Origin: an uncultured beta proteobacterium
Lineage (GTDB): Bacteria > Pseudomonadota > Gammaproteobacteria > Burkholderiales > SG8-39
DNA: 64,000 nt
Direction of reading: 5' to 3'
Assembly: GCA_903899705.1 (NCBI GenBank)
Contig: CAIUKQ010000192.1
Span: 103-64,102 of the forward strand
In this document: in pieces, positions 19,544-28,925 of the stretch
Layout: each line of letters begins with the position of its first letter
Numbering within the stretch: the stretch's first letter is position 1
Notes under the pieces: generated by a model
What the model was told of the DNA's origin: nothing
The model's input: only the letters and a program-made list of their open reading frames with translations
Databases searched by the model: none
Program-made: the position numbers and the translations under genes

Positions 19544-20086
19544 GTGGCCCATGAAATAAAACCCGTGCGCCGGCTTGTCACCGGCGTTGACGAGCAAGGC
19601 AAATCCTTTTTCACCGACGATTCAGCCCCGACATCGGTGCGATCGGTTCCCGAACGTCCGGGGTACTACGCGCACGAAGTCTGGATATCCACTTCCGCGC
19701 CGGCGAAAATCAATGAAGGCGACATGACCGGACTTGTGAAGACCGTGGCCCCGGGCAACGGAGGCGCCATTCTGCGCGTCATCGACTTCCCGCCCGAGTC
19801 GAAAGATCCCGCCGAGCGCGAGCGCGGCATGCGGGCGACTTTCGCCAAGCTCTACAAGGATGCGGATCACAAGCCCGAGAACTCGCCGCATCCGGGCATG
19901 CATGAAACCGAAACTCTCGATTACGCAATCGTGCTGTCGGGTGAGATCGTAGCCGTCATGGACAAGGAGGAGCGCCTCATGAAGACCGGCGACATCCTCA
20001 TCCAGCGAGGCACCAATCACGCCTGGGCCAACCGGTCCGATGCCCCGTGTCGCATCTGCTTTGTACTGATCGACGGCAAACGCTGA
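19544..20086 (+). CDS. Cupin-domain protein, tandem paralog 1 of 3
   Basis: 180 aa. The C-terminal ~65 aa, HPGMHETETLDYAIVLSGEI...GDILIQRGTNHAWANRS, are shared with the next two ORFs. Confidence 0.75.
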   Translation: MAHEIKPVRRLVTGVDEQGKSFFTDDSAPTSVRSVPERPGYYAHEVWISTSAPAKINEGDMTGLVKTVAPGNGGAILRVIDFPPESKDPAERERGMRATFAKLYKDADHKPENSPHPGMHETETLDYAIVLSGEIVAVMDKEERLMKTGDILIQRGTNHAWANRSDAPCRICFVLIDGKR

Positions 20087-20163
20087 TCCGGACTTTTAGA
20101 CCCCAAGCACTGCAGCCGGTTTTCGATCGGCAATCATTTCACTGAAACAGAAGGAGCAAGACC

Positions 20164-20721
20164 ATGGCAAACCAGCTGCCGGCGCCGCGCCGCGTCATCA
20201 CCGGATTTGATGCATCCGGGCAATCTATTCTCGAATCCGACACGATTTCAGAAGCCCATGTGAATCCACTGCGGCCGGCCATGCGTTCGTACAATGTATG
20301 GGGTACCAGCGCCATTCCCTGCGCCATGCGTGAACCGGACCAGAGCGGAACGGTGGACGGCATCATGCCGCCGAAGAACGGGTCGGTGCTGCATATTGTC
20401 GACTATCCGCCTGAACCTGCCGATCCTGCGGAGCGTGAAAAGTACCTTCGGGAAATGCGTGAGCGCGTCAAAAAGGTCGAGCGCGCCCCCGAACCCGGCG
20501 TGAAGCGCTACCCCGACGGTCCGCATCCGGGCATGCACGAAACCGACACGATCGATTACGCGATCGTCATGTCCGGCGAAATCTGGGCCATCATGGACAA
20601 AGGCGAAACCCTTCTCAAGACCGGCGATATCCTGATGCAACGGGGCACCAGCCACGGCTGGAGCAATCGCTCCGGGGAATATTGCCGCGTGGCTTTTGTT
20701 TTGGTCGAAGCAAAGCGGTAA
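20164..20721 (+). CDS. Cupin-domain protein, tandem paralog 2 of 3
   Basis: 185 aa with HPGMHETDTIDYAIVMSGEI...GDILMQRGTSHGWSNRS. AAGGAG SD upstream. Confidence 0.75.
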   Translation: MANQLPAPRRVITGFDASGQSILESDTISEAHVNPLRPAMRSYNVWGTSAIPCAMREPDQSGTVDGIMPPKNGSVLHIVDYPPEPADPAEREKYLREMRERVKKVERAPEPGVKRYPDGPHPGMHETDTIDYAIVMSGEIWAIMDKGETLLKTGDILMQRGTSHGWSNRSGEYCRVAFVLVEAKR

Positions 20722-20820
20722 GCGGCGTGAGACCGTGCACAATCCCCAGCCGATGCCGCACGGTTCAACGCTTCAAAAAGCGGCAGCACGCAAAGTAGTC
20801 AACGCGTCGAGGAGACAATT

Positions 20821-21354
20821 GTGATCAAGGAACTGCCACCGGTTCGCCGGATCGTCTGTGAGATCAACAAGGAGGGCAAATCCGTCATCACCGAGGACGG
20901 GCCGCCTAAGCACAACCGCACTGCACCCGACCGCCCCGGATTTCGCGTGAACAATCTGTGGGCGACATTTGGCATGCCGGCGCCCGTGGGCGACCCGGAT
21001 CGAAGCACGGAAATCAAAGGCATCCTCCCGCCCAAAGGCGGCACCATCGTCAAGGTGATCGACATGCCGCCGGAACCGAAGGACAAGGCCGAACGTGACC
21101 GTGTCGCACCGTCGGTACATGAAGAGCCGGGACTGCGCCGCCGTCCGGAAAGCGGCCATCCAGGTTTTCACGAAACCGACACTATCGACTATGCGGTGGT
21201 CCTCAAGGGTGAGGTCTACGCCATGGTCGACGGTGGCGAAACCCTGATGAAGGAGGGTGACATCCTGATCCACCGGGCGACCAATCACGCCTGGTCGAAT
21301 CGATCGGATTCCGTTTGCAGGGTGCTTTTCGTACTTGTTGATGCCCGAAACTAG
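20821..21354 (+). CDS. Cupin-domain protein, tandem paralog 3 of 3
   Basis: 177 aa with a GTG start and GAGGAG SD. Contains HPGFHETDTIDYAVVLKGEV...GDILIHRATNHAWSNRS. Confidence 0.7.
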   Translation: MIKELPPVRRIVCEINKEGKSVITEDGPPKHNRTAPDRPGFRVNNLWATFGMPAPVGDPDRSTEIKGILPPKGGTIVKVIDMPPEPKDKAERDRVAPSVHEEPGLRRRPESGHPGFHETDTIDYAVVLKGEVYAMVDGGETLMKEGDILIHRATNHAWSNRSDSVCRVLFVLVDARN

Positions 21355-21442
21355 TGCGCCATGGAGTTTCTATCCGGCTGATATAATTACGCATCCGACG
21401 TACGTATGAGTCGGCTAAGCACTTAAATAATCGAGGAAAATA

Positions 21443-21688
21443 ATGAATAAATGGCTAGTGGTCGCCGCTTCTGCGGCATTTGCTTTGTCTGCATGTGGCA
21501 AGGAAGAACCCAAACCCGTTCCCGCACCGGTTCAGGCCGCTCCGGCTCCGGCTCCCGCACCCGCTGCAGCGCCTGCTGATGCACCTGCGGATCCCGCAAA
21601 GGACGCAGCAAAGGATGCACCGAAAGACGCGCCCAAGGACGCCCCGAAAGATGCGCCCAAGGACGCCCCCAAGGACGCAAAGAAATAA
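21443..21688 (+). CDS. Small lipoprotein with an (AP)n tract and KDAP tandem repeats
   Basis: Lipobox in MNKWLVVAASAAFALSAC-G. It is followed by an APAPAPAPA tract and about seven K-D-A-[PA] units. GAGGA SD upstream and an intrinsic terminator downstream. Confidence 0.7.
   Translation: MNKWLVVAASAAFALSACGKEEPKPVPAPVQAAPAPAPAPAAAPADAPADPAKDAAKDAPKDAPKDAPKDAPKDAPKDAKK
21599..21682 (+). repeat. In-frame 12-nt tandem repeat (AAR GAY GCN CCN) encoding KDAA/KDAP units
   Basis: AAGGACGCAGCA AAGGATGCACCG AAAGACGCGCCC AAGGACGCCCCG AAAGATGCGCCC AAGGACGCCCCC AAGGACGCA. The units differ mainly at synonymous positions. Confidence 0.85.
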
Positions 21689-21740
21689 TTAGTATGGAAC
21701 GCTGGTTGCCTGACTTCGGTTTGGCAACCATGGAACTGGA

Positions 21741-21768
21741 AAGCCGGCGCTTGCGCCGGTTTTTTTTG
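21741..21768 (+). terminator. Rho-independent terminator after the lipoprotein gene
   Basis: CCGGC-gcttgc-GCCGG stem-loop (21744-21759) followed by eight T residues (21760-21767). Confidence 0.75.
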
Positions 21769-21795
21769 GGGTGAACCCAACGGCTGAATAGGCGG

Positions 21796-23199
21796 TCAGC
21801 CGGCGCGCGCAATGCCTTCGGCAGAAAGCAGTCCCAGTACGAAAGCTTTTGAAAGGCCGCCCATGTAGGCCATCTGGCTGCCGCCTTCAAGCCCGGCGAC
21901 AGTGGAGCCGGCAGCAAACAAACCTGGTATGTGACTGCCCTCCGGACGCAGGGCACGACAATCCGTATCGATGGCGATGCCGCCCATGGTTGCGGTTATT
22001 CCGCTGCAGATCGGAATGGCATAAAACGGTGGTGTCGAAACGGGCATCGCGGCCATTGGTTTCATGGTTCGTCGGGGTGTGAGAGATTCCGCGGTGCCAT
22101 CGGCGATGGCACCGTTCAGTTCGTTGACTGTCGCCTGCAGGCCGCTTGCCGAAATGCCGGCATTTGCGGCGAGCGTTGTGAGGTCGCTGGCCTGATGCAG
22201 CGTCGCACCGGATTTCAAAATCATCGGATTTCCCGCAGCAGGGCCTTTCCGTGCAACAGTGTTCCATACGACATCGTCGAAAATCAGGGTCGCCCCCAGC
22301 GGATCCTCCGTCTGCGCGAGCAGATTCGCGAGCACGATGCCGCCACGTCCTTCGTCGGCCACTCGCTTTCCATCCGGGGTCACCACCAGCCCCACCTGGG
22401 TTATCGGATCAATCATGGGAAAGGGCCACAGCATCCGGTGGCCCGGCCGGGTGACCGCATCTCGGTGCACGGGGTGGCCGTAAAAGGCGCCAAAGCCGTG
22501 TAATTTCGCGCCGGCTTCCTCGGCCATGCGCATACCGTCACCCATGGCGGTATGAGATGCGCGAATGAGCAGGCTGTCCGCCCTCGGCGTGATGTACTTG
22601 CGGACCATGTCGCGGTTCGAACTGAAGCCGCCGTCGGCAATGATCACCGCTCTTGCTTCTATGCGCTCCAGCTTGCCTTCAATCAGGGCATCCACGCCGA
22701 CGCAGGTGCCGTTCGTCATGGCAAGCGCCTGCACGGCGGCGCCACGCATGAATGAGCTGCCGCGCTTCCTGAGGTTGGCCTCCAGTGTACGCAGCAAAAA
22801 ATCCGCCCCGCGCCCCTCCCAATCAAGTCCCTGATTAAAACGCCGCGGCGGCGCGAGCATGATGCTCTTGCCCGTGGGCGCATTGACCATGATGTATTTG
22901 CCGCCTTCGGCGACCAGCCATTCGATGGCGCGCCGGGAATTTTCTGCGAACGCGCGCGCAAGCCCCGGCGCAGCCTCGCCCTCGGTGCCTTTTTCGATGA
23001 TGCGCAGCAACTGCCCACCCGGCAGTCGCATGTCCTGAAAAAGTATGTGTGCGATGCCTGTGGTGTAGCGCGAATTGCACAGATAACGTTCACCGGATTC
23101 TTTTTCCAGTACCACCGCGCGAAGTCCCAGCTGCGCGCAACGGTTGGCGGCGATCAGGCCGGCAAATCCTCCGCCAATGGCCACAACATCAAATTGCAT
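21796..23199 (-). CDS. FAD-dependent oxidoreductase (fumarate reductase/succinate dehydrogenase flavoprotein-like fold)
   Basis: N-terminal dinucleotide fold MQFDVVAIGGGFAGLIAANRCAQLG...VLEKE and a C-terminal GLFAAGSTVAGLEGG motif. Confidence 0.75.
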   Translation of the reverse strand: MQFDVVAIGGGFAGLIAANRCAQLGLRAVVLEKESGERYLCNSRYTTGIAHILFQDMRLPGGQLLRIIEKGTEGEAAPGLARAFAENSRRAIEWLVAEGGKYIMVNAPTGKSIMLAPPRRFNQGLDWEGRGADFLLRTLEANLRKRGSSFMRGAAVQALAMTNGTCVGVDALIEGKLERIEARAVIIADGGFSSNRDMVRKYITPRADSLLIRASHTAMGDGMRMAEEAGAKLHGFGAFYGHPVHRDAVTRPGHRMLWPFPMIDPITQVGLVVTPDGKRVADEGRGGIVLANLLAQTEDPLGATLIFDDVVWNTVARKGPAAGNPMILKSGATLHQASDLTTLAANAGISASGLQATVNELNGAIADGTAESLTPRRTMKPMAAMPVSTPPFYAIPICSGITATMGGIAIDTDCRALRPEGSHIPGLFAAGSTVAGLEGGSQMAYMGGLSKAFVLGLLSAEGIARAG

Positions 23200-23220
23200 C
23201 CTGTTGCGTTTCGCCGGTGC

Positions 23221-24159
23221 TCAGTCGGCCAGATTGGCGAACAGGGGCGTGCTCAGGTAGCGTTCGCCAAAGGAAGGAATGATGACGACGATCAATTTGT
23301 CCTTGTTTTCCGTGCGCCTGGCAACTTCGAGAGCAGCCCACACTGCCGCCCCGGAAGAAATGCCCACCAGCAAGCCTTCCTCGCGGGCCATGCGCCGGGC
23401 GATATCCATGGCGTCATCGTTCTTGACGCGTACGATTTCGTCATAGATTTTGGTATTCAGTATTTTGGGAACAAAGCCGGCGCCTATGCCCTGAATCGGA
23501 TGCGGGCCGGCGTCACCGCCGGAGAGCACCGGTGACGCGTCGGGTTCCACCGCCACGCATTTGAAGGAGGGTTTGCGCGATTTCAGGATTTCGCCGACAC
23601 CCGTGATGGTGCCACCGGTGCCTATTCCCGAAACGAGGTAATCAACTGTTCCATCGGTATCGCGCCATATCTCTTCCGCCGTGGTGCGGCGATGGACTTC
23701 GGGATTGGCGGGATTCTCGAACTGCTGTGGTATGAAGTAGCGCGCATCAGCCTTTGCCATTTCCTCGGCCTTGCGGATTGCGCCGGGCATGCGCTCCGAT
23801 CCCGGGGTAAGCACCAGTTCGGCCCCATACGCCCGCAAGAGCATGCGGCGTTCCTTGCTCATGGTGTCGGGCATGACCAGGGTGCACTTGTAGCCGCGTG
23901 CGGCGCACACCATCGCGAGTCCTATGCCGGTATTTCCGCTGGTGGGTTCCAGGATGATGGTATCGGCCTTGATTTTTCCGGCCTTTTCGGCGGCTTCAAT
24001 CATGGACAGGCCGATGCGGTCCTTGACGCTGTGGGCGGGGTTCTGGAATTCGAGCTTTGCGGCAATTTGGGCCACGCAACCCTGTGTCAGCCGGTTCAGA
24101 CGAACCAAGGGAGTGTTGCCAATCAGATCAGTGACGCTGGGGGCGATCTTCACGTTCAT
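23221..24159 (-). CDS. cysK: Cysteine synthase A (O-acetylserine sulfhydrylase)
   Basis: Contains [22 protein letters not shown] (PLP lysine), [10 protein letters not shown] and GIGAGFVP. Confidence 0.9.
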   Translation of the reverse strand: MNVKIAPSVTDLIGNTPLVRLNRLTQGCVAQIAAKLEFQNPAHSVKDRIGLSMIEAAEKAGKIKADTIILEPTSGNTGIGLAMVCAARGYKCTLVMPDTMSKERRMLLRAYGAELVLTPGSERMPGAIRKAEEMAKADARYFIPQQFENPANPEVHRRTTAEEIWRDTDGTVDYLVSGIGTGGTITGVGEILKSRKPSFKCVAVEPDASPVLSGGDAGPHPIQGIGAGFVPKILNTKIYDEIVRVKNDDAMDIARRMAREEGLLVGISSGAAVWAALEVARRTENKDKLIVVIIPSFGERYLSTPLFANLAD

Positions 24160-24540
24160 TTCCTTTCAAAAAAAATTTGCTGAATCTTCGCAAGTTACCG
24201 CAGTGCGCCTATGTATCCGCAGAATCTCACCCTTGTCCAGATCCTCCAATCATCGGCTTGCATCGCCATTGTCGATCAATACCGTGTTTGGGGTATCCGC
24301 CTGCTCATGGAATATCGCAGACTGGCGCCGTGTTCATCGTCCTGAGCTTTCGTCTGACTGCGCGAACTTTGCTGCGACGCACAACCTATTCATTGTTCGG
24401 GCGGCATCCGCTGAAAAAAGCGGGCTTTAACGGGGGCTGACCTGACAACAAGCTCGCCAATCATACTAACTCCAAGTATTTAATGAATAAATCCTTTATC
24501 CTTAAGGGTTGGCAAAAAAACATTTTTCTATGGGAAAGCA

Positions 24541-25743
24541 ATGGGAATTCTGACAATAAAACGACTGGTTTTTTTGGTTCTGATCCTTGCTCTCGGGGCG
24601 GGCTATTACATATACCAAAACGGATTTAATCTCGATGGGAAGGAGTCAGCCGTTGCCGGTAGGGAAGGCGGCAAAGGGGGCGCTGGAAAAGGCGGGGCAG
24701 GCAAGGGCGGCGCCGGCAAGGGTGGAGCCGGCGCGGCTGTGCCAATCACTGCAGCGCTTGTCGAGCAGCGGAGCATGCCGGTCAAGCTCGACGCCATTGG
24801 CAACGTTGAAGCCTTTACCTCGGTTGCCATCAAGGTTCGCGTGGACGGCCAGATTACCGAAGTCAATTTCAAGGAAGGCCAGGAGGTCAAGCAGGGGGAC
24901 ATTCTCTTCAAGATCGATCCGGGTCCTTATACCGCCGCGCTGAAACAGGCGGAAGGCACAGCAGCCCGCGACCGGGCCACCTACGAGCGCGCGCGCCAGC
25001 AGGATGCGCGGAACAAGGAGCTGCTGGAACAGAAATTCATATCAGCGGATGGCTATGCGCAGTTTCAGACCAACGCGCAGACCGCCGAGGCCGTGGCTGC
25101 CGCCAGCCAGGCTGCAGTGGACAATGCGCGGGTGCAATTCGAGTACACGACCATACGTTCACCGATCACCGGTTATGCGGGCAAGATTCTTTTGCAGCGC
25201 GGAAATATTGCCCGTGCCGCAGATCCCAGTCCGATAGCGAATGTCAATCAGGTGCATCCAATCTATGTGACGTTTGCGGTACCCGAGCAGCGACTGGCCG
25301 AGATACGCAAGCGTATGGGATCTGCACTGCTGGCGGTGGAAGCCACCCCGAGCGACGCGATTGATGGAAAACGCGCTGTCGGCAAACTGGTGTTCATTGA
25401 CAACGCGGTGGACCTGTCTACCGGCACTATCAAATTGAAGGCCCAGTTCGAAAATCTGGACAATGCTTTGTGGCCGGGACAGTTCGCGCAGGTGAGCATG
25501 CGATTGTTCGACCAGGCCGACGCGCTGGTTATTCCGGCCAAAGCGGTGCAAACCGGGCCCAATGGCCAGTTTGTTTTCGTGGTGAAAGAGGACAGTTCCG
25601 TCGAAGTGCGTCCGGTGACGATCACCCGCACCGATGGCGACCTGTCCATCGTTGCCACCGGCCTTAAGAAGGACGAGCAGGTTGTCACCCAGGGCCAGTT
25701 GCGCCTTGCCAGTGGCACCAAGGTCACCATCAGCAAATCCTGA
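24541..25743 (+). CDS. RND efflux membrane-fusion (periplasmic adaptor) protein
   Basis: N-terminal TM anchor, a lipoyl/hairpin region (IKVRVDGQITEVNFKEGQEVKQGDILFKIDP) and a coiled-coil hairpin. Followed by an RND permease gene. Confidence 0.85.
   Translation: MGILTIKRLVFLVLILALGAGYYIYQNGFNLDGKESAVAGREGGKGGAGKGGAGKGGAGKGGAGAAVPITAALVEQRSMPVKLDAIGNVEAFTSVAIKVRVDGQITEVNFKEGQEVKQGDILFKIDPGPYTAALKQAEGTAARDRATYERARQQDARNKELLEQKFISADGYAQFQTNAQTAEAVAAASQAAVDNARVQFEYTTIRSPITGYAGKILLQRGNIARAADPSPIANVNQVHPIYVTFAVPEQRLAEIRKRMGSALLAVEATPSDAIDGKRAVGKLVFIDNAVDLSTGTIKLKAQFENLDNALWPGQFAQVSMRLFDQADALVIPAKAVQTGPNGQFVFVVKEDSSVEVRPVTITRTDGDLSIVATGLKKDEQVVTQGQLRLASGTKVTISKS
24667..24732 (+). repeat. In-frame 15-nt tandem repeat encoding (GGKGGA/GKGGA)x4 in the adaptor linker
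   Basis: Peptide GGKGGAGKGGAGKGGAGKGGAG. The DNA units use different synonymous codons (aaa/aag, ggg/ggc/gga/ggt, gct/gca/gcc). Confidence 0.85.
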
Positions 25744-25790
25744 CCGGCGTAATCACAGCGCCGCAAGCCCAATCCTTTCCGGAGACAGAA

Positions 25791-28700
25791 ATGAATAATC
25801 TGGCCGAACCGTTTGTCCGCCGCCCGGTCATGACCACGCTGGTCATGGCCGCGTTTCTCATCTTCGGAATTGTCGGGTTCAGGCTGATGCCGGTTAACTC
25901 GTTGCCGAGCATCGACTTTCCCACCATTCAGGTCACGGCGGAACTTGCGGGAGCCAGCCCTGAGACCATGGCAGCCGCCGTCGCAACCACGCTGGAAAAG
26001 CAGTTTTCCACGATTGCGGGCATCGACTCGATGACCTCGCAGAGCGGGCAGGGGACCACGCAGATCACTATCCAGTTTTCACTGGATCGAAGCATCGATG
26101 CCGCGGCCCAGGATGTGAACTCCGCCATTGCTGCGGTTGCGCGGCAATTGCCGCCGGCCATGACTTCGCCTCCGTCCTTCCGAAAGGTGAACCCCGCCGA
26201 CGCACCGGTGTATTTCCTCGCGTTGACCTCGGATACGCTTCCCCTTTCGACCGTCAATGAATATGCCGAGACTTTTCTCGCGCAACGAATCGCAACCATC
26301 AGCGGCGTCGCGCAGGTGCAGGTGTTCGGCCAGCAGAAATATGCGGTCCGCGTGCAACTCGATCCCAAGGCGCTGGCGTCCCGCGGCGTGGGTATCAACG
26401 AAGTCCAGCTGGCCGTTTCCCAGGCGAATCAGAACCTCGCGACCGGAACACTCTATGGCAAAGACCGTTTGTTTGCGATCCAGGCCACGGGACAATTGTT
26501 CAACGCTGCCGCTTTCGATCCGGTCATCGTAGCCTACCGAAACGGGGCGCCGGTGCGGCTCAGGGAAGTGGGCAAGGCCGTGGACGGCGTGCAGAACAAC
26601 AAGGTTGCCGCATGGTTCAAGGATAAGCGCGGCGTGATTCTTGCCATTCAACGCCAGCCGGGGACCAACACCATCGAACTGGTCAACAAGATCAAGGATC
26701 TGCTTCCGACCTTTCGCTCTGAAGTGCCCGTTGGCATAAATCTGGATGTGCTCTATGACCGTTCGATCACCATCCGTGATTCGGTGCAGGACGTCGAAGA
26801 GACGATGATCATCGCGCTGGTGCTGGTGGTGGGCGTCATATTCTTCTTCCTGCGGAATGTTTGGGCCACCATCATTCCAGCCTGCTCGCTGCCGATCGCC
26901 ATCGTGGGGTCTTTCGCATTCATGTATGCCGGGGGATACAGTATCAACATGCTGTCGCTGATGGCATTGACATTGGCGGTCGGTTTTGTGGTGGACGACG
27001 CCATCGTCATGCTTGAAAACATCACGCGACACGTGGAAATGGGCAAGTCGCCGATGCAGGCGACACTCGATGGATCCAAGGAAGTGACATTCACGATTCT
27101 TTCGATGACGCTGTCGCTGGTCGCGGTTTTCATCCCGGTGCTGTTCATGGGGGGGGTGCTGGGCAAACTGCTGAAGGAATTTGCGGTCACTATTATCATT
27201 GCGGTGCTCATTTCAGGATTTGTTTCGCAGACGCTGACGCCGATGCTTTGCAGCAAGGTGTTGAAACCCCACGATCCCAATGCGAAACATGGATGGCTGT
27301 TTAATCTTGTGGAGAACGGCTTCAATGCGACCAAAAATGCCTACGGCAGCAGCCTCGCATGGGTCATACGGCATTCGAGGATGACCATGGTGGTATTTTT
27401 TGCCATCATTGCAGTGACAGCCTATCTGTTCGACAAGGCGCCCAAGGGCTTTCTGCCAAATGACGACAGTGGGCAGATCGTGATTCTGACCGAGGCGGCC
27501 CAGGACATCTCCTTTGACGCCATGATGGAGCGCCAGCGCGCCGTGATGGATATCGTCTCGAAGGACAAAAACGTTGGCGGATTCATGAGCTTTATCGGTG
27601 CCGGCAACGGCAATGCCTCCATGAACAACGGTCGCATTGTGGTTGCGCTGAAACCCCGTGAGGAACGTTTGCCTGCCGACGATGTGGTTCGGCAGCTGCG
27701 TCCCAAATTCGCGGGCATCGTCGGCATGTCTGTGTTTGTTCAGAATCTGCCGCCTATAAGAATCGGTGCACGTATCACCAAGAGTGAGTTCCTCTACTCG
27801 GTGCAAGGTTCAAGTCTGGCGGAGCTCAATGAATGGGTGCCCAAGATCGAGGCGAAGATGAAGTCCCTGCCGCAGGTTGAAAACGTCAGCACCGACCTGC
27901 AGATTGCCCGGCCGCAGGTGACCGTGGAGATCGACCGCGAAAAAGCTTCGTCCCTGAACATGACGGTGCAGCAGATTGAGGTGGCCCTTAACAACTCCTT
28001 CAGTGCGGTCAACATCTCCAACATCTATACCGCCACCAACCAGTACTTCGTGATTCTCGAGTTGGCCCCGGAATATCAGCGGGATCCATCTGCCTTGTCC
28101 CAGATCTATGTCCGTTCTACCTCGGGAATCGTGATTCCGCTGAGTTCGGTGGCCAAGCTGAGCTATGGAGTGGGTCCGCTTTCCGTCAGTCACCAGGGAC
28201 AGCTTCCCGCGGTCAACATCTCGTTTGACCTTCGCGGCGTTTCGCTGTCCGAGGGCATTGCCATCATTCGCTCCGCGGTCGAGGAAATCAGAACGCCGGC
28301 CACGTTGACCGGCAGCTTTCAGGGGACGGCACAGGCCTTCGAAAAATCCCTCGCAGGTATGGGCGTATTGCTGCTGCTCGCCATCATCGTCATCTACCTC
28401 GTGCTGGGTGTGCTCTACGAGAGCTTCATCCACCCGATCACGATTCTCTCGGGCCTGCCGACCGCCGCGCTCGGCGCAGTGCTTACCCTGATGATTTTTG
28501 GACGTGAGCTCGACATGTACGGCTTTGTCGGCATCATCATGCTGATCGGAATCGTCAAGAAGAATGCGATCATGATGATCGACTTCGCGATTGAATCCGG
28601 GCGCAATGAGGGCAAAGGGGCCGCGGAGGCCATTCATGAGGCCTGCCTGATCCGCTTTCGACCCATCATGATGACGACCTTCGCTGCGTTGATGGGCACA

Positions 28701-28925
28701 ATACCTATTGCTTTGGCCCTGGGTGCCAGCGGAGAGGCGCGTCGGCCGTTGGGCCTTTGCGTAATCGGCGGGTTGCTGGTGTCACAGTTTCTGACCCTGT
28801 ACCTCACGCCGGTGGTCTATATCTACTTCGAAAATTTCCAGCTCTGGATGAACGGCCGTAAGGCAGCTCCCAATGTGGTGCACGACCATGTGCCGCAATT
28901 GGGTGCCGACGCAACGTCTGATTAA
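25791..28925 (+). CDS. RND efflux permease (HAE1 family, AcrB/MdtB/MdtC-like)
   Basis: 1044 aa starting FVRRPVMTTLVMAAFLIFG...LPSIDFPTIQV, with a 12-TM architecture and two large periplasmic loops. GGAGA SD upstream. Confidence 0.9.
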   Translation: MNNLAEPFVRRPVMTTLVMAAFLIFGIVGFRLMPVNSLPSIDFPTIQVTAELAGASPETMAAAVATTLEKQFSTIAGIDSMTSQSGQGTTQITIQFSLDRSIDAAAQDVNSAIAAVARQLPPAMTSPPSFRKVNPADAPVYFLALTSDTLPLSTVNEYAETFLAQRIATISGVAQVQVFGQQKYAVRVQLDPKALASRGVGINEVQLAVSQANQNLATGTLYGKDRLFAIQATGQLFNAAAFDPVIVAYRNGAPVRLREVGKAVDGVQNNKVAAWFKDKRGVILAIQRQPGTNTIELVNKIKDLLPTFRSEVPVGINLDVLYDRSITIRDSVQDVEETMIIALVLVVGVIFFFLRNVWATIIPACSLPIAIVGSFAFMYAGGYSINMLSLMALTLAVGFVVDDAIVMLENITRHVEMGKSPMQATLDGSKEVTFTILSMTLSLVAVFIPVLFMGGVLGKLLKEFAVTIIIAVLISGFVSQTLTPMLCSKVLKPHDPNAKHGWLFNLVENGFNATKNAYGSSLAWVIRHSRMTMVVFFAIIAVTAYLFDKAPKGFLPNDDSGQIVILTEAAQDISFDAMMERQRAVMDIVSKDKNVGGFMSFIGAGNGNASMNNGRIVVALKPREERLPADDVVRQLRPKFAGIVGMSVFVQNLPPIRIGARITKSEFLYSVQGSSLAELNEWVPKIEAKMKSLPQVENVSTDLQIARPQVTVEIDREKASSLNMTVQQIEVALNNSFSAVNISNIYTATNQYFVILELAPEYQRDPSALSQIYVRSTSGIVIPLSSVAKLSYGVGPLSVSHQGQLPAVNISFDLRGVSLSEGIAIIRSAVEEIRTPATLTGSFQGTAQAFEKSLAGMGVLLLLAIIVIYLVLGVLYESFIHPITILSGLPTAALGAVLTLMIFGRELDMYGFVGIIMLIGIVKKNAIMMIDFAIESGRNEGKGAAEAIHEACLIRFRPIMMTTFAALMGTIPIALALGASGEARRPLGLCVIGGLLVSQFLTLYLTPVVYIYFENFQLWMNGRKAAPNVVHDHVPQLGADATSD

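Noticed and set aside
24177-24440. 87-aa plus-strand ORF (and 23924..24430) in the cysK/RND intergenic region as a small gene.
   Set aside because: There is no SD, the codon bias is poor, the translation is Cys/Pro/Arg-rich with no motif, and one of the two overlaps the cysK start. I treat the region as non-coding but flag it as unexplained.
21599-24732. Short tandem repeats (KDAP units at 21599-21682; GKGGA units at 24667-24732) as possible CRISPR or VNTR loci.
   Set aside because: Both are in-frame within well-supported ORFs. The units are 12-15 nt with no spacers, so they are peptide repeats and not CRISPR arrays.
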